From assembly GCA_002288455.1 (NCBI GenBank), contig NEUS01000005.1, positions 6 to 64,005 of the forward strand: a DNA stretch of 64,000 nucleotides, written 5' to 3'. This document shows positions 38,851 through 47,880 of this stretch, in pieces (position 1 is the first letter of the stretch; every line of letters starts with the position of its first letter). Both the position numbers and the translations under genes were made by a program. The notes below the pieces were generated by a model that saw only the letters and a list, made by a program, of their open reading frames with translations, was not told the origin of the DNA and made no database searches. The stretch is from Opitutia bacterium Tous-C1TDCM. Its GTDB lineage: Bacteria; Verrucomicrobiota; Verrucomicrobiia; Opitutales; Opitutaceae.

Positions 38851-40244
38851 GGCAGGGGCAGCGAGGTCTGCACCTCGAGGACTTTTTCCAGTTGGTAACG
38901 CCGGCTGCCTTTGACGAACACCGAACCGCGCCAATCGCCGAGCACGGCGGCGGCAGGTTCGTGAGTGGAGATTTGCCGGATCTGCGCAGTGAAGTCGCCG
39001 CGCTCGAGAATGCCGGCGCAGATCTCGTGCGCCCAGGTTCCGATTACGAAAACAAAATCGCCCGGCCGCAGCTCGAGCGACGCGCCCAGCTCGTGGTGGG
39101 AGCGCCGCGCCTCGGCGCCGAGTTCTTCCATACAACCGAGCACGTAGAGCCGCGGCTGGTCGGCCGGGGCGACCCCGGCAAAGGTCCGCAGCGCATCTGC
39201 CATCGACGCGGGATTCGCGTTGTAGCAATCGACGTAAATCAGCCGCCCGTGCTCCCGCCGGATCTCGCCGCGGAGCCGCGCCGGTTGCCAACCGGCCAAC
39301 CGCGCCTGAATCTGCTCGCGGGCCACGCCGAGCCAAAGCGCCGCGCAGATCGCGAGCACCGCATTCTGGGCCTGGCCGTCGGTGACCCGGCGAAACACAA
39401 ACGTCAGCGGCGGCGGCAGTCCGTACGCGAGCGACACCGCCGTCTCCTCCTCCCGGTGCGAAACCGAAAAGTAAACCGTATCCTTCGGCGGTTCCGCCGG
39501 CCGCACCACCTCGGCCCGCTCCACCACCATGGTCCGCACGCCCAATTCGCGGAACGGCGCGTACTCGGCCGTCGGCTTGGCAAAGACCGCCACGCCGCTC
39601 CGGCGCGTGGCCGCCGGCAGCACCGCCTTTTCGCGCGCCACGCCCTCGAGCCCGCCGAGCGCTTCGGTGTGCGCCGCGGCAATGAGCGTGATGAGCGCGA
39701 CATCGGGATCGATCATCCGGGCCAGCGGCGCCATTTCGCCGGGCGCACTGATGCCGGCCTCGACCACCGCCGCGGTGTGCCGCGCGGGATCCAGCCGGAG
39801 CAACGTCAACGGCACGCCGAGGTGGTTGTTGAGGTTGCCCTCGGTGGCGACCACCCCGCTCGCGGTCCCGCCGAGGAGGAGCGCCAGCAGGTCCTTGGTC
39901 GAAGTCTTCCCGGCACTGCCGGAAATTCCGACCACCGGACCGCGAAACGCGCGCCGATGCTCGGCCGCGACCGCATGCCACGCCGCCAACGGATCCGCGA
40001 CCACCAATTGCGGCAGCGCCACCGCCGGGTTCGGCCGGGCGACCAATGCCGCCGCCGCCCCCGCCGCCGCCGCCGCCGCCAGAAAGTCATGCCCGTCCCG
40101 TTGCTCGCCGCGGATCGCCACGAAGACGTCGCCCGCCGCGAGCTTGCGCGTATCGAAGTGGAACCCGGTCAGGCGCGCCGCCGGCGGTACCGTCCAACGG
40201 CCGCCGGTCCAAGTGGCAAGGGATTCGGGGTTAAACTCGGGCAT
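38844..40244 (-). CDS. murF: MurF D-Ala-D-Ala adding ligase
   Basis: DTR, DGHDF, GSAGKTSTK, NLNNHLGVPLTL, AHTE, DCYNANPASM, KGSR. Confidence 0.95.
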   Translation of the reverse strand: MPEFNPESLATWTGGRWTVPPAARLTGFHFDTRKLAAGDVFVAIRGEQRDGHDFLAAAAAAGAAAALVARPNPAVALPQLVVADPLAAWHAVAAEHRRAFRGPVVGISGSAGKTSTKDLLALLLGGTASGVVATEGNLNNHLGVPLTLLRLDPARHTAAVVEAGISAPGEMAPLARMIDPDVALITLIAAAHTEALGGLEGVAREKAVLPAATRRSGVAVFAKPTAEYAPFRELGVRTMVVERAEVVRPAEPPKDTVYFSVSHREEETAVSLAYGLPPPLTFVFRRVTDGQAQNAVLAICAALWLGVAREQIQARLAGWQPARLRGEIRREHGRLIYVDCYNANPASMADALRTFAGVAPADQPRLYVLGCMEELGAEARRSHHELGASLELRPGDFVFVIGTWAHEICAGILERGDFTAQIRQISTHEPAAAVLGDWRGSVFVKGSRRYQLEKVLEVQTSLPLPC

Positions 40245-40253
40245 CGTGCAGCG

Positions 40254-41840
40254 TCAGCCAGCAACCCCGGCCAAGGGGCGGTTAAGTTTCCGACCGAGCA
40301 GTTCCCGCACGACCTGACGGTCGTCAAACGGCACCACGGTATCCGCGAATTCCTGAAAGCTCTCATGCCCCTTGCCCGCCACGACGACGCAGTCGCCCGG
40401 TTTCGCGAGCTCAAGGGCGAGCCCGATGGCCCGCCGCCGATCCTCGATCCACGTGATCCGCGCGGGTGCGGTCACGCCCGCCTGCATCGCGGCGAAAATG
40501 TCCGCCGGCCGCTCGTGACGCGGGTTGTCGGCCGTCGCGATGGCGAAATCCGCCTGCGCTTGGACCGCCGCCGTCATGGCGGCGCGGGCCGCGGCCGCGC
40601 CACCGCCGCCGCAACCGAACACCACGAGGAGCCGGCCGTTCGTCCGCATCCGCAAATCGGCGAGCGTAGGGCGCAGCGCCGAGGCGGAGTGCGCGTAGTC
40701 GACGAAGACCTCGAAGGCCTGCCCCGCATCGATCGGCTCCAGCCGGCCGGGCACGCCGGGAAAAGAGCGCAGACGCGCGAGCACCACCTGCGGGTCGCGC
40801 CCGAGCGCCCAGGCCGTCGCGACGGCGGCGAGGAGATTGCCGAGATTGCGGCGACCGACGAGCGGGGCATCGAGCTCCATCGCGCCTCCCGGCCAAACCA
40901 GCCGGAAACAAGTGCGTCGGTCCCGGAAAACCGGATGCTCGGCGCGCACTTCGGCCCGGGGATGTTCGCCGTAGGTGACCAACCGTGGACCGGAAACCGA
41001 GAGTTGTTCCGCCAGCCGGACACCGCCGGCATCGTCGAGGTTCACCACGGCAACCTTCGGCCGCGCCCCGTTTTCGCCGGCGCAAAGGCGCAGAGCAGAT
41101 CCGAGCTGGCAGCCTTCGCCTTCGAGATTCGTGCAGACCACGGCCCCGAATTCCACGCCGTGGACCCGCTGCTGATCCAGACCCTGGGAGCTGACTTCAA
41201 GGATCGCCTGCCGGCAACCCGCGTCGCGCATCTGCGCCAGCAGTCCGAAAACATCGAGCGATTCCGGGGTCGTCCGGTACGCCGGTACCGACCGGGCGCC
41301 GAGATCGTAGGTGATGGAGCTGATTCGGCCGATCCGCCGGTCGGTCCCGAGCAGGTGCTGCAACAGGTAGGCGACCGTCGTCTTGCCGTGGGTGCCCATG
41401 ACGCCGACCACGCCGAGATCGCGATCCGGGAACCGGTAGTGGCGCTGCGCGGCCCGGGCCAGCGCGGCCCGCGGGTCGGCGACCTGGACAAAGGTCACTT
41501 TCGCCGGGGCGTGCGCCGGCATCGTGCGCGAAACCACGGCGACGGCGCCGCGGCTGACCGCGTCGTCGATAAACGCGGCGCCGTCCGTGCGCCGTCCCGG
41601 CAAAGCGAAAAACACCGTCCCCGGCACCACGCGCCGGCTGTCGGTCACAAGCCCGGAAACGGGCCGGTCGAGCGGGCCCTTGACGGCCAGCGCTTCGCCG
41701 TCGCCGAAGCAGTCGCCGAGCCGCGGGGCCAGCTTGAAGATCCGGTCCGCCTCGAGCGTCTCGCGGCGGGTGCGGCGCACCGGACGCGGCCGCGCAAACG
41801 CGTGGATCAGCGCGGCATCGGAAGTGAGATAGCCGATCAC
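40254..41840 (-). CDS. murE: MurE-like ligase with degenerate active-site motifs
   Basis: DSR, TTPESL, EVSS, PGRLE, DYAH, FGCGG, DNPR and GKGHE are present. DHLDYH...K is deleted and DRDxxKR is replaced. GTG overlaps the ftsI stop. Confidence 0.85.
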   Translation of the reverse strand: MIGYLTSDAALIHAFARPRPVRRTRRETLEADRIFKLAPRLGDCFGDGEALAVKGPLDRPVSGLVTDSRRVVPGTVFFALPGRRTDGAAFIDDAVSRGAVAVVSRTMPAHAPAKVTFVQVADPRAALARAAQRHYRFPDRDLGVVGVMGTHGKTTVAYLLQHLLGTDRRIGRISSITYDLGARSVPAYRTTPESLDVFGLLAQMRDAGCRQAILEVSSQGLDQQRVHGVEFGAVVCTNLEGEGCQLGSALRLCAGENGARPKVAVVNLDDAGGVRLAEQLSVSGPRLVTYGEHPRAEVRAEHPVFRDRRTCFRLVWPGGAMELDAPLVGRRNLGNLLAAVATAWALGRDPQVVLARLRSFPGVPGRLEPIDAGQAFEVFVDYAHSASALRPTLADLRMRTNGRLLVVFGCGGGGAAAARAAMTAAVQAQADFAIATADNPRHERPADIFAAMQAGVTAPARITWIEDRRRAIGLALELAKPGDCVVVAGKGHESFQEFADTVVPFDDRQVVRELLGRKLNRPLAGVAG

Positions 41841-43804
41841 CGGGGAACTCCTTGCTGCGCGAAGGCGTAGGCACGGGGCCGCACGGGCTCGCTGTCCGAC
41901 CGGATGTCGAGGACGGTGATGAGGCGTTCGCCGATCCGCTTGAACGAAGGCGCGGCGACCACGCGGCCGTACGCGACGCCGCTCGGCGACTGGACCTTGG
42001 CCTCGTCGACGATCACCGAGATCGCGACCTGGGGCCGGCCGGCGGGGAAGAAACCGACGAAGGAGGCGACGTGATGCTTCCGTGAATACACCAGCCGCGG
42101 GGTGCCGTCGGCGCGCAGCTCCTCGACCAGTTTCTGCGTCGTGCCCGTCTTGCCGGCCACATCGAAACCCGGGATGGCGGCTTCCGCCGCCGTGCCGCCG
42201 ACGGAGGCGACGCCCTCCAGCATGCGGGCGACCTTGTGCGCCGTTTCCTTCGAGACGACCCGATGCATTTCCTCGGGACCGTGGCGGCGGACGGTTTCGC
42301 CGGCGGCATCGGTGATATGGGAAATCAGCTGGGGCCGCATCAGCACGCCGTCGTTGGCGATGACGGTCATGGCCTGGTGCATCTGCAGGGCGGTGGAGGC
42401 GACGGAATGGCCCATCGCGATCCGCGTGATGTCGATCGGGTTCCACTTGCGGTAGTCGGTCAAAATGCCGCCGACCTCGCCGCCGACGGGAAACCCGAGG
42501 GAGGCGCCGAAACCGAATTTCCGCACGTACTCGAAGAACCGCGGCTCGCCGAGCCGGAGCGCCAGCTGGGCGGCACCCTTGTTGCTCGAATGGCTGATGA
42601 TTTCGGAAACCGTCAGGTCGCCCATCCGGTGGTCCTCCGACGGGAGCTTCACCATCTGGCCGCGGTGGGCGATGCGCTCGAGGGCGCAATCGAAAACGTG
42701 GTTCGGGGTGACCAGCCGGTCCTCGACCGCGCCCGCCGCGGCTACAATCTTGAAGACGGAGCCGGGTTCATAAACGTCGGCGACGGCGGCGTTTTTCATC
42801 CGCGCCAACTCCGTTTTCGGCACCTTGTTGTACAGGTTGAGATCGAAACTGGGGTAGTTCGCGAGGCCGAGAATGAAGCCGGTCCGCGGATCGCTCACGA
42901 TGATGGTGGCCTTCAGCGGGCGGAATTTCTCGGCGATGTAGAGCAGCTCCTGCTCGACGACATCCTGCACGCCGAGGTCGAGCGAGAGCGCGACGTTGTA
43001 GCCGTCGACGCGCGGCGCTTCCCGCGTGCGGAACTGGGCGAGTTCGCGGTTGCGGCCGTCCTTCTCCCCCACCCGCCAGCCATCCTGGCCGCGCAAATAG
43101 AAATCGAACACCGCCTCGACTCCCGCGGCGGGCTCCTGGGCCTTGTTCACAAAACCCACGACATGGGCCGCGAGCTGGTTGCTGGGATAGACGCGGCGGT
43201 AAATGCGGTCGCCCGTGATGCCCTGGATGCCGAGCTTGCGGATCTCCGCGTAGAGCTCCTCCGACACGTCGTCGCGCAAACGCGCCCACTGGATGCGGCG
43301 CGGTTCTTTCTCGCCGCCCCGGACCGCGGCCTCGCCGTCGTCGGCCTCGGCCTTCGCCGCCGCGACCGGAGCCGCCGCGGCTTCGGCGCCGGCCAGCGCC
43401 AGACGGATGCCCACCGGAGCGGCGGCGGGGGCCGCGGCGGCCACAGGGGCGGGCGCGCGGAACTTGGTCGTGAAGATCCGGCGGAGCTCGTCCTCGGGCA
43501 TGCCGATCAGCTGCGCGAGCTGCGGCCACTTGGCTTCGTCCTGCGGGCGGAGGTAGTTGGGGTCGACCCCGAGCTCGATCACGGACCGGCTGGTGGCCAG
43601 CGGCACGCCGCGGCGGTCGAAGATGTCGCCCCGCCGGGCCGTCTCGGTGATCAGCTGCTGGCGGGTGCGCGTGATGGTGGCGAGGAGTTCGTCCCGGTTG
43701 ATGGCATGCAGCCACACGAGCCGGACCGCGAGCACGCCGAAGCATGCCAGCAGGAGGCCGGCGAGGAGGGCGATGCGGTAGCTCGAGGAATACCCCTTCG
43801 ACAT
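41837..43804 (-). CDS. ftsI: Class B penicillin-binding protein FtsI/PBP3
   Basis: RGDIFDRRG, EPGSVFK (SxxK), SSN (SxN), KTGT. Confidence 0.95.
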   Translation of the reverse strand: MSKGYSSSYRIALLAGLLLACFGVLAVRLVWLHAINRDELLATITRTRQQLITETARRGDIFDRRGVPLATSRSVIELGVDPNYLRPQDEAKWPQLAQLIGMPEDELRRIFTTKFRAPAPVAAAAPAAAPVGIRLALAGAEAAAAPVAAAKAEADDGEAAVRGGEKEPRRIQWARLRDDVSEELYAEIRKLGIQGITGDRIYRRVYPSNQLAAHVVGFVNKAQEPAAGVEAVFDFYLRGQDGWRVGEKDGRNRELAQFRTREAPRVDGYNVALSLDLGVQDVVEQELLYIAEKFRPLKATIIVSDPRTGFILGLANYPSFDLNLYNKVPKTELARMKNAAVADVYEPGSVFKIVAAAGAVEDRLVTPNHVFDCALERIAHRGQMVKLPSEDHRMGDLTVSEIISHSSNKGAAQLALRLGEPRFFEYVRKFGFGASLGFPVGGEVGGILTDYRKWNPIDITRIAMGHSVASTALQMHQAMTVIANDGVLMRPQLISHITDAAGETVRRHGPEEMHRVVSKETAHKVARMLEGVASVGGTAAEAAIPGFDVAGKTGTTQKLVEELRADGTPRLVYSRKHHVASFVGFFPAGRPQVAISVIVDEAKVQSPSGVAYGRVVAAPSFKRIGERLITVLDIRSDSEPVRPRAYAFAQQGVPR

Positions 43805-43809
43805 CGGCG

Positions 43810-44190
43810 TCAGCGCTGGGCGATCCGGAGCGTGATGGGCGCGGCCTCGGCGAAGAGTTCGCGGTTGGCGCGGACCGCCATGCGGTGGACGACGTCCTCG
43901 GGCACGTTGACGACCGGCACGTCGTTCATCGACACGAGGCCGAGGCGGAGCGCGACGTTGCGCTCCCGCAGCAGATCGGGGCGCTGCGCGCTCTCGATCG
44001 CGGCGTGTTTCTCGCCGATCAGCCGCTCGATCTCGGCGACGCGGGCGGCGGCCTGGCGGTTGCCGTTGGCCGTAGTTGAAATCTGGTGACGCATCCAGAC
44101 CATGCCGAGGCCCACGGTTCCGCCGGCCCCGATCGCGAGGAGCAGGCAGACGACGAGCTGGTTCGCAAAGGCACGGGAATTCTTTTTCAT
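43810..44190 (-). CDS. Probable FtsL-like cell division protein
   Basis: Short, TM plus coiled coil, LRLGL near the C-terminus, located between rsmH and ftsI. Confidence 0.7.
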   Translation of the reverse strand: MKKNSRAFANQLVVCLLLAIGAGGTVGLGMVWMRHQISTTANGNRQAAARVAEIERLIGEKHAAIESAQRPDLLRERNVALRLGLVSMNDVPVVNVPEDVVHRMAVRANRELFAEAAPITLRIAQR

Positions 44191-44241
44191 GGCGGCAGGG
44201 AGGGGACGGAAAGCGGGGGGTGGCGGCGCGGGGCGGAGGGC

Positions 44242-45180
44242 TCAGAGCCGGCGCAGCGCGCGCAGTTTGGCGGAGCGGCTGCGGGGATTGGCGGCGAGTT
44301 CGGCGTCGCCGGGGACGACGGGTTTGCGGGTGAGCGGCTCGGCGGTTTTCACGCGCAGGTCCTGCGGCGTGGCGTCGTCGGCGCTCTCGGGCTGGCCGCA
44401 GCAGCGGCGGAAAAACTGCTTCACGGGCCGGTCCTCGAGGGAATGGAAACTGATCACGGCGAGCACGCCGCCGGGGCGGCCCGGGGCGGGCGCGGCCAGC
44501 CGGGCAAACGCCGCCGGCAGCGCACGGTCGATGGCGCCGAGCTCGTCGTTGACCGCGATCCGGATACCCTGGAACGCGCGCGTCGCGGGATGGATCCGCG
44601 ACTGGTGCCGGTCGCGGGCCGGGATGGCGGCGGCGATAGTGTCGGCGAGCGGGGCGGTGCGCGCCAACGCACCGGTGCCGCGCGCGGCGATGAGGCCGCG
44701 GACGACTCGGCGCCAGTGCGGTTCCTCGCCGAAATCTCGCACGGCGCGGACGATCATGTCCTCGGTGGCGGTCTCGAGCCAGAGGGAGGCAGGCACGCCG
44801 GTGCGCGGATCCATCCGCATGTCGGCGGGCGCGTCGGTGCGGAAAGAAAAACCCCGCTCCGGATCGTCGAGCTGGAACGAGGAGACGCCGAAGTCGAAGA
44901 GGATGCCGTCGAAATCCGCGAGGGGCAGTTCGCCGAGGCGGCCGAAATCCCGATCGACGAGCGCGAAGCGACCCGGAAAAGACTCCCGCAGGGCCGCCGC
45001 GCGCGGAGCGGCGGCCGGATCGCGGTCGAGCGCAACGACGTCGATTCCGGGCGCGGCTTCGAGCAAGGCGCGCGAGTGGCCGCCGCCGCCAAAGGTGCAG
45101 TCGAGGTAGCGGCCGCCCGGCCGCGGCGCGAGGAAGTCGACGACCTCGCGCCGCAACACGGGATAGTGGCCGGGGGTCAT
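44242..45180 (-). CDS. rsmH: 16S rRNA m4C1402 methyltransferase
   Basis: [52 protein letters not shown]; alternative start 45216. Confidence 0.96.
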   Translation of the reverse strand: MTPGHYPVLRREVVDFLAPRPGGRYLDCTFGGGGHSRALLEAAPGIDVVALDRDPAAAPRAAALRESFPGRFALVDRDFGRLGELPLADFDGILFDFGVSSFQLDDPERGFSFRTDAPADMRMDPRTGVPASLWLETATEDMIVRAVRDFGEEPHWRRVVRGLIAARGTGALARTAPLADTIAAAIPARDRHQSRIHPATRAFQGIRIAVNDELGAIDRALPAAFARLAAPAPGRPGGVLAVISFHSLEDRPVKQFFRRCCGQPESADDATPQDLRVKTAEPLTRKPVVPGDAELAANPRSRSAKLRALRRL

Positions 45181-45196
45181 GACTCCGGGGCGGGTC

Positions 45197-45445
45197 TCAT
45201 CGTGCAGCAGGGACATCGGTGAGACTCTTCGGGTTGGCGGACTTTTTCGGAGCAACCACGGTCCGCAAAACGAGGGAATCCCGGATGCGCGGCGTGGCCC
45301 CAACGGCGGGAAAAGCCACCGCGCGTTCCGCGGCATCGATCCAGGCCGGAAACGGCCGCCGCGCCGCGGGCGAAGCCGACAGCGCCGCTTTCCGGAGAGG
45401 AACCCGGGGAACGGGAGCTTTGATCTTGGCGGCGCGACGGATCAT
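45197..45445 (-). CDS. Small basic hypothetical protein (82 aa) between mraZ and rsmH
   Basis: Fills the gap on the same strand; its ATG is preceded by the same C/T-rich tract as accepted genes. Confidence 0.45.
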   Translation of the reverse strand: MIRRAAKIKAPVPRVPLRKAALSASPAARRPFPAWIDAAERAVAFPAVGATPRIRDSLVLRTVVAPKKSANPKSLTDVPAAR

Positions 45446-45488
45446 GGGGAGGACAGGGTCGGAGATTTCGGGGGACAGCACCGGGCGC

Positions 45489-45953
45489 TCAGATGTCGAG
45501 GCGGCGCATGACATCGCCGTAGTTCTCGCCGGCCGTCCGCGCCTCTTCCTGTTTCCAGCGGGCGGGGCTGTAGATGTTGAACTTGGTCAGGGAGCCCACG
45601 AGGACGGCGTCGCGCTCGATCCCGGCATGCTTGAGCAGGTCGGGCGTCAGCAACGTGCGGCCCGCCTTGTCGATCGTGAAGCCCTGGGTCCGGGAAAAGA
45701 AACGCGCGAGAAAGGCCTGCGCCGAGGAGTCACCCAGCTTCTGCGCCGAGACCTTTTCGCGCAGCTTCGTCACCTCCGCGGGGGGCAGCACGGCGATGTA
45801 ACCGTCCGGGTGCGGCGTGGCCAAAAAAGCCACCCCCGCCCCACCCTCTTCCGTCGGGGCATGACGCCACGCCGACGGGATCGTGAGTCGACCCTTGTCG
45901 TCCAACGTGTGCTCAAAAAAGCCCGTAAAGACGGAATTGTCTGCCTGCGCCAT
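45489..45953 (-). CDS. mraZ: Transcriptional regulator MraZ
   Basis: Two DxKGR-type repeats (LDDKGRLTIP, IDKAGR); first gene of the dcw cluster. Confidence 0.95.
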   Translation of the reverse strand: MAQADNSVFTGFFEHTLDDKGRLTIPSAWRHAPTEEGGAGVAFLATPHPDGYIAVLPPAEVTKLREKVSAQKLGDSSAQAFLARFFSRTQGFTIDKAGRTLLTPDLLKHAGIERDAVLVGSLTKFNIYSPARWKQEEARTAGENYGDVMRRLDI

Positions 45954-45976
45954 GTGGGTGAAAGGAGCCCTACCGC

Positions 45977-46020
45977 TCCACAACGCCCCATTTCAACCCA
46001 CTCTGCCCCCCAACCGTCAA
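45977..46020 (-). promoter_or_regulatory. MraZ operator repeats with adjacent -35 element
   Basis: Minus strand TTGACG then GGGGG-N5-GTGGG-N5-ATGGG-N5-GTGGA, an exact 10-bp phase like known MraZ direct repeats. Confidence 0.75.
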
Positions 46021-46046
46021 GAAAAGACCCTTTGGCGACCCCTAAA

Positions 46047-46089
46047 CTTGTTCACATTTTCACATCCCGAACCGCGCTTTGTGAACAAG
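46047..46089. promoter_or_regulatory. 10-bp inverted repeat made of DnaA-box-like 9-mers
   Basis: CTTGTTCACA-N23-TGTGAACAAG, plus ATTTTCACA at 46056-46064. Confidence 0.45.
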
Positions 46090-46232
46090 CCCAACAAGTC
46101 GGCCGACGTCCGGCAGGTCAACCTCGGCGCTCAGGGCCGGCGCCAAAACCCAAGGGCGATGGCTTGCCGGGACAGTTCCCGAACGAAAATGAGCTGTTCT
46201 TCCGGGAGCGTTGCCGCCTTTCTGCGGCGTCC

Positions 46233-46532
46233 ATGCAGACACCCGTCAACATCCAGCTCATCGGCCGGGAGGTCGGCATCGTTTGGGGCGACGGCCGGGA
46301 AACGTACCACCCGTTCGAGGACCTTCGAGCGGCCTCGCCGAGTGCCTCGAACCAAGGCGAACGCGACATCTTGGGCAACCGCTACGGAGGCGACGGCCCG
46401 AAGCGTTTTCCGGGCGTCGAGGTCGTCGGCTGGGAGCAGGTCGGCAACTATGCGATCCGGTTCGATTTCAGCGACGGCCACCGTACGGGGCTGTACAGCT
46501 ACGATTACCTCCGGCAGATCGCGCAGGCCTAG
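46233..46532 (+). CDS. DUF971 / GBBH N-terminal-like protein
   Basis: IVWGDG, LRAASPSA, VGNYAIRFDFSDGHRTGLYSYDYL. Confidence 0.88.
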   Translation: MQTPVNIQLIGREVGIVWGDGRETYHPFEDLRAASPSASNQGERDILGNRYGGDGPKRFPGVEVVGWEQVGNYAIRFDFSDGHRTGLYSYDYLRQIAQA

Positions 46533-46612
46533 GCCAAGCCGGACAGCCCCGGCGCGGCGGCGGATTGCAGGGTTGCCTCGGCGCGGGGCGGGCCCGCACG
46601 CTCGGCGGTTCC

Positions 46613-47080
46613 ATGAGCTCCTTCGTCTTTCCTGCCCGCACGACGACGGCCGAGATCGAACTCGGCGCGACGCTGCAACCGAAGTTCGGCCCCGACGGGC
46701 TGATTCCCTGCATCACGCAGGATGTGCATTCGGGCGAGGTGCTGATGTTCGCCTTCATGAACGCCGAGGCGCTCGCCCACACGCTCGCGACGAAAAAGGC
46801 GACGTACTGGAGCCGCTCCCGCAACAAGCTTTGGATCAAGGGCGAGGAATCGGGCAACGTGCAGCACGTGCGCGAACTCCGCACCGACTGCGACCAGGAC
46901 GTACTCCTCATCAAGGTCGAGCAAACCGGCGCCGCCAACGCGAGTTGCCACAACGGTTTCAAATCCTGCTTCTACCGGAAGCTCGCCGACCTCGAGACGG
47001 CGGCGGCAACCGGCTACAAACTCACGACGACCGCCGATCGGCTCTTCGATCCGGCGACCGTCTACAAAAAGAAAAGCTGA
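46613..47080 (+). CDS. hisI: Phosphoribosyl-AMP cyclohydrolase
   Basis: GLIPCITQD, YWSRSR..LW.KGEESGN, DCDQD, CH.G..SCF. Confidence 0.95.
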   Translation: MSSFVFPARTTTAEIELGATLQPKFGPDGLIPCITQDVHSGEVLMFAFMNAEALAHTLATKKATYWSRSRNKLWIKGEESGNVQHVRELRTDCDQDVLLIKVEQTGAANASCHNGFKSCFYRKLADLETAAATGYKLTTTADRLFDPATVYKKKS

Positions 47081-47087
47081 GTCGGCC

Positions 47088-47876
47088 TCAGCGCGCCCCC
47101 GGCGCCAACCCGCGGGTGCCGGCTTGGGCGAAGGCCAGCAGATGCCGGAATTCGTCGGTCGCGGCCGCGGGATGCGCGGCGAGTTTCTCCAGCGCCTGCG
47201 TGCGGTTGAGACCGTCGCGGTAAAGGATGCGATAGATCTGTTTCACGCGGTCGATCTGCTCCGGGGTGAAGCCGTGGCGCTCGAGGCCGACCTTGTTGAT
47301 CGCGCGCACCTCGGCCGGCACGCCGTCGGCGATGCAGTACGGCGGGAGATCGTGGACGAGTTTGGCGCAGGCCGAGAGCATCCCGTGCGCGCCGAGCCGG
47401 CAGAATTGATGCACCCCGCCGTAGCCGCCGATCACAACGTGGTCCTCGACGACGACGTGGCCGGCGAGCACGGCGCCATTGCTCATGATGATGCGGTTGC
47501 CGAGCACGCAGTCGTGCGCGACGTGCGTGGCGGCGAGGAAGACATTGTCGGACCCGATGCGCGTGAAATCGCCGTCGAAGGTCGCGGCATGGACGGTCGT
47601 GTATTCGCGGAAGACGTTGCGCTCGCCGATGCGGACGCCGGGGTTGCCGCCCTTGAACTTGAGGTCCTGCGTCTTGCCGCCGAGGCAGGCGTAGGGGAAG
47701 ACTTCGCAGGCCGCGCCGAGCTCGGTGTTGCCCTCGACGGAGGCGTGATGGTGGAGCTTCGTGCCGGCGCCGAGCTTCACGCCGGCGCCGACGAAAGCGT
47801 AGGCGCCGACCGCGACGTCCGGGCCGAGCTCGGCTCCCGGCTCGATGATGGCGGTGGGATGGATCGTCGCCGCCAT
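47088..47876 (-). CDS. lpxA: UDP-GlcNAc O-acyltransferase
   Basis: IHPTAII, QDLKFKG, HVAHDC, GHV, VHQF. Confidence 0.95.
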   Translation of the reverse strand: MAATIHPTAIIEPGAELGPDVAVGAYAFVGAGVKLGAGTKLHHHASVEGNTELGAACEVFPYACLGGKTQDLKFKGGNPGVRIGERNVFREYTTVHAATFDGDFTRIGSDNVFLAATHVAHDCVLGNRIIMSNGAVLAGHVVVEDHVVIGGYGGVHQFCRLGAHGMLSACAKLVHDLPPYCIADGVPAEVRAINKVGLERHGFTPEQIDRVKQIYRILYRDGLNRTQALEKLAAHPAAATDEFRHLLAFAQAGTRGLAPGAR

Positions 47877-47880
47877 CGGC

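Noticed and set aside
40045-40080. GCC triplet run as a microsatellite or phase-variation tract
   Set aside because: It encodes a poly-Ala stretch in MurF, is in frame, and is expected at this GC content.
46233-46532. DUF971 lacking CPCA cysteines
   Set aside because: SPSA variants are common in the family.
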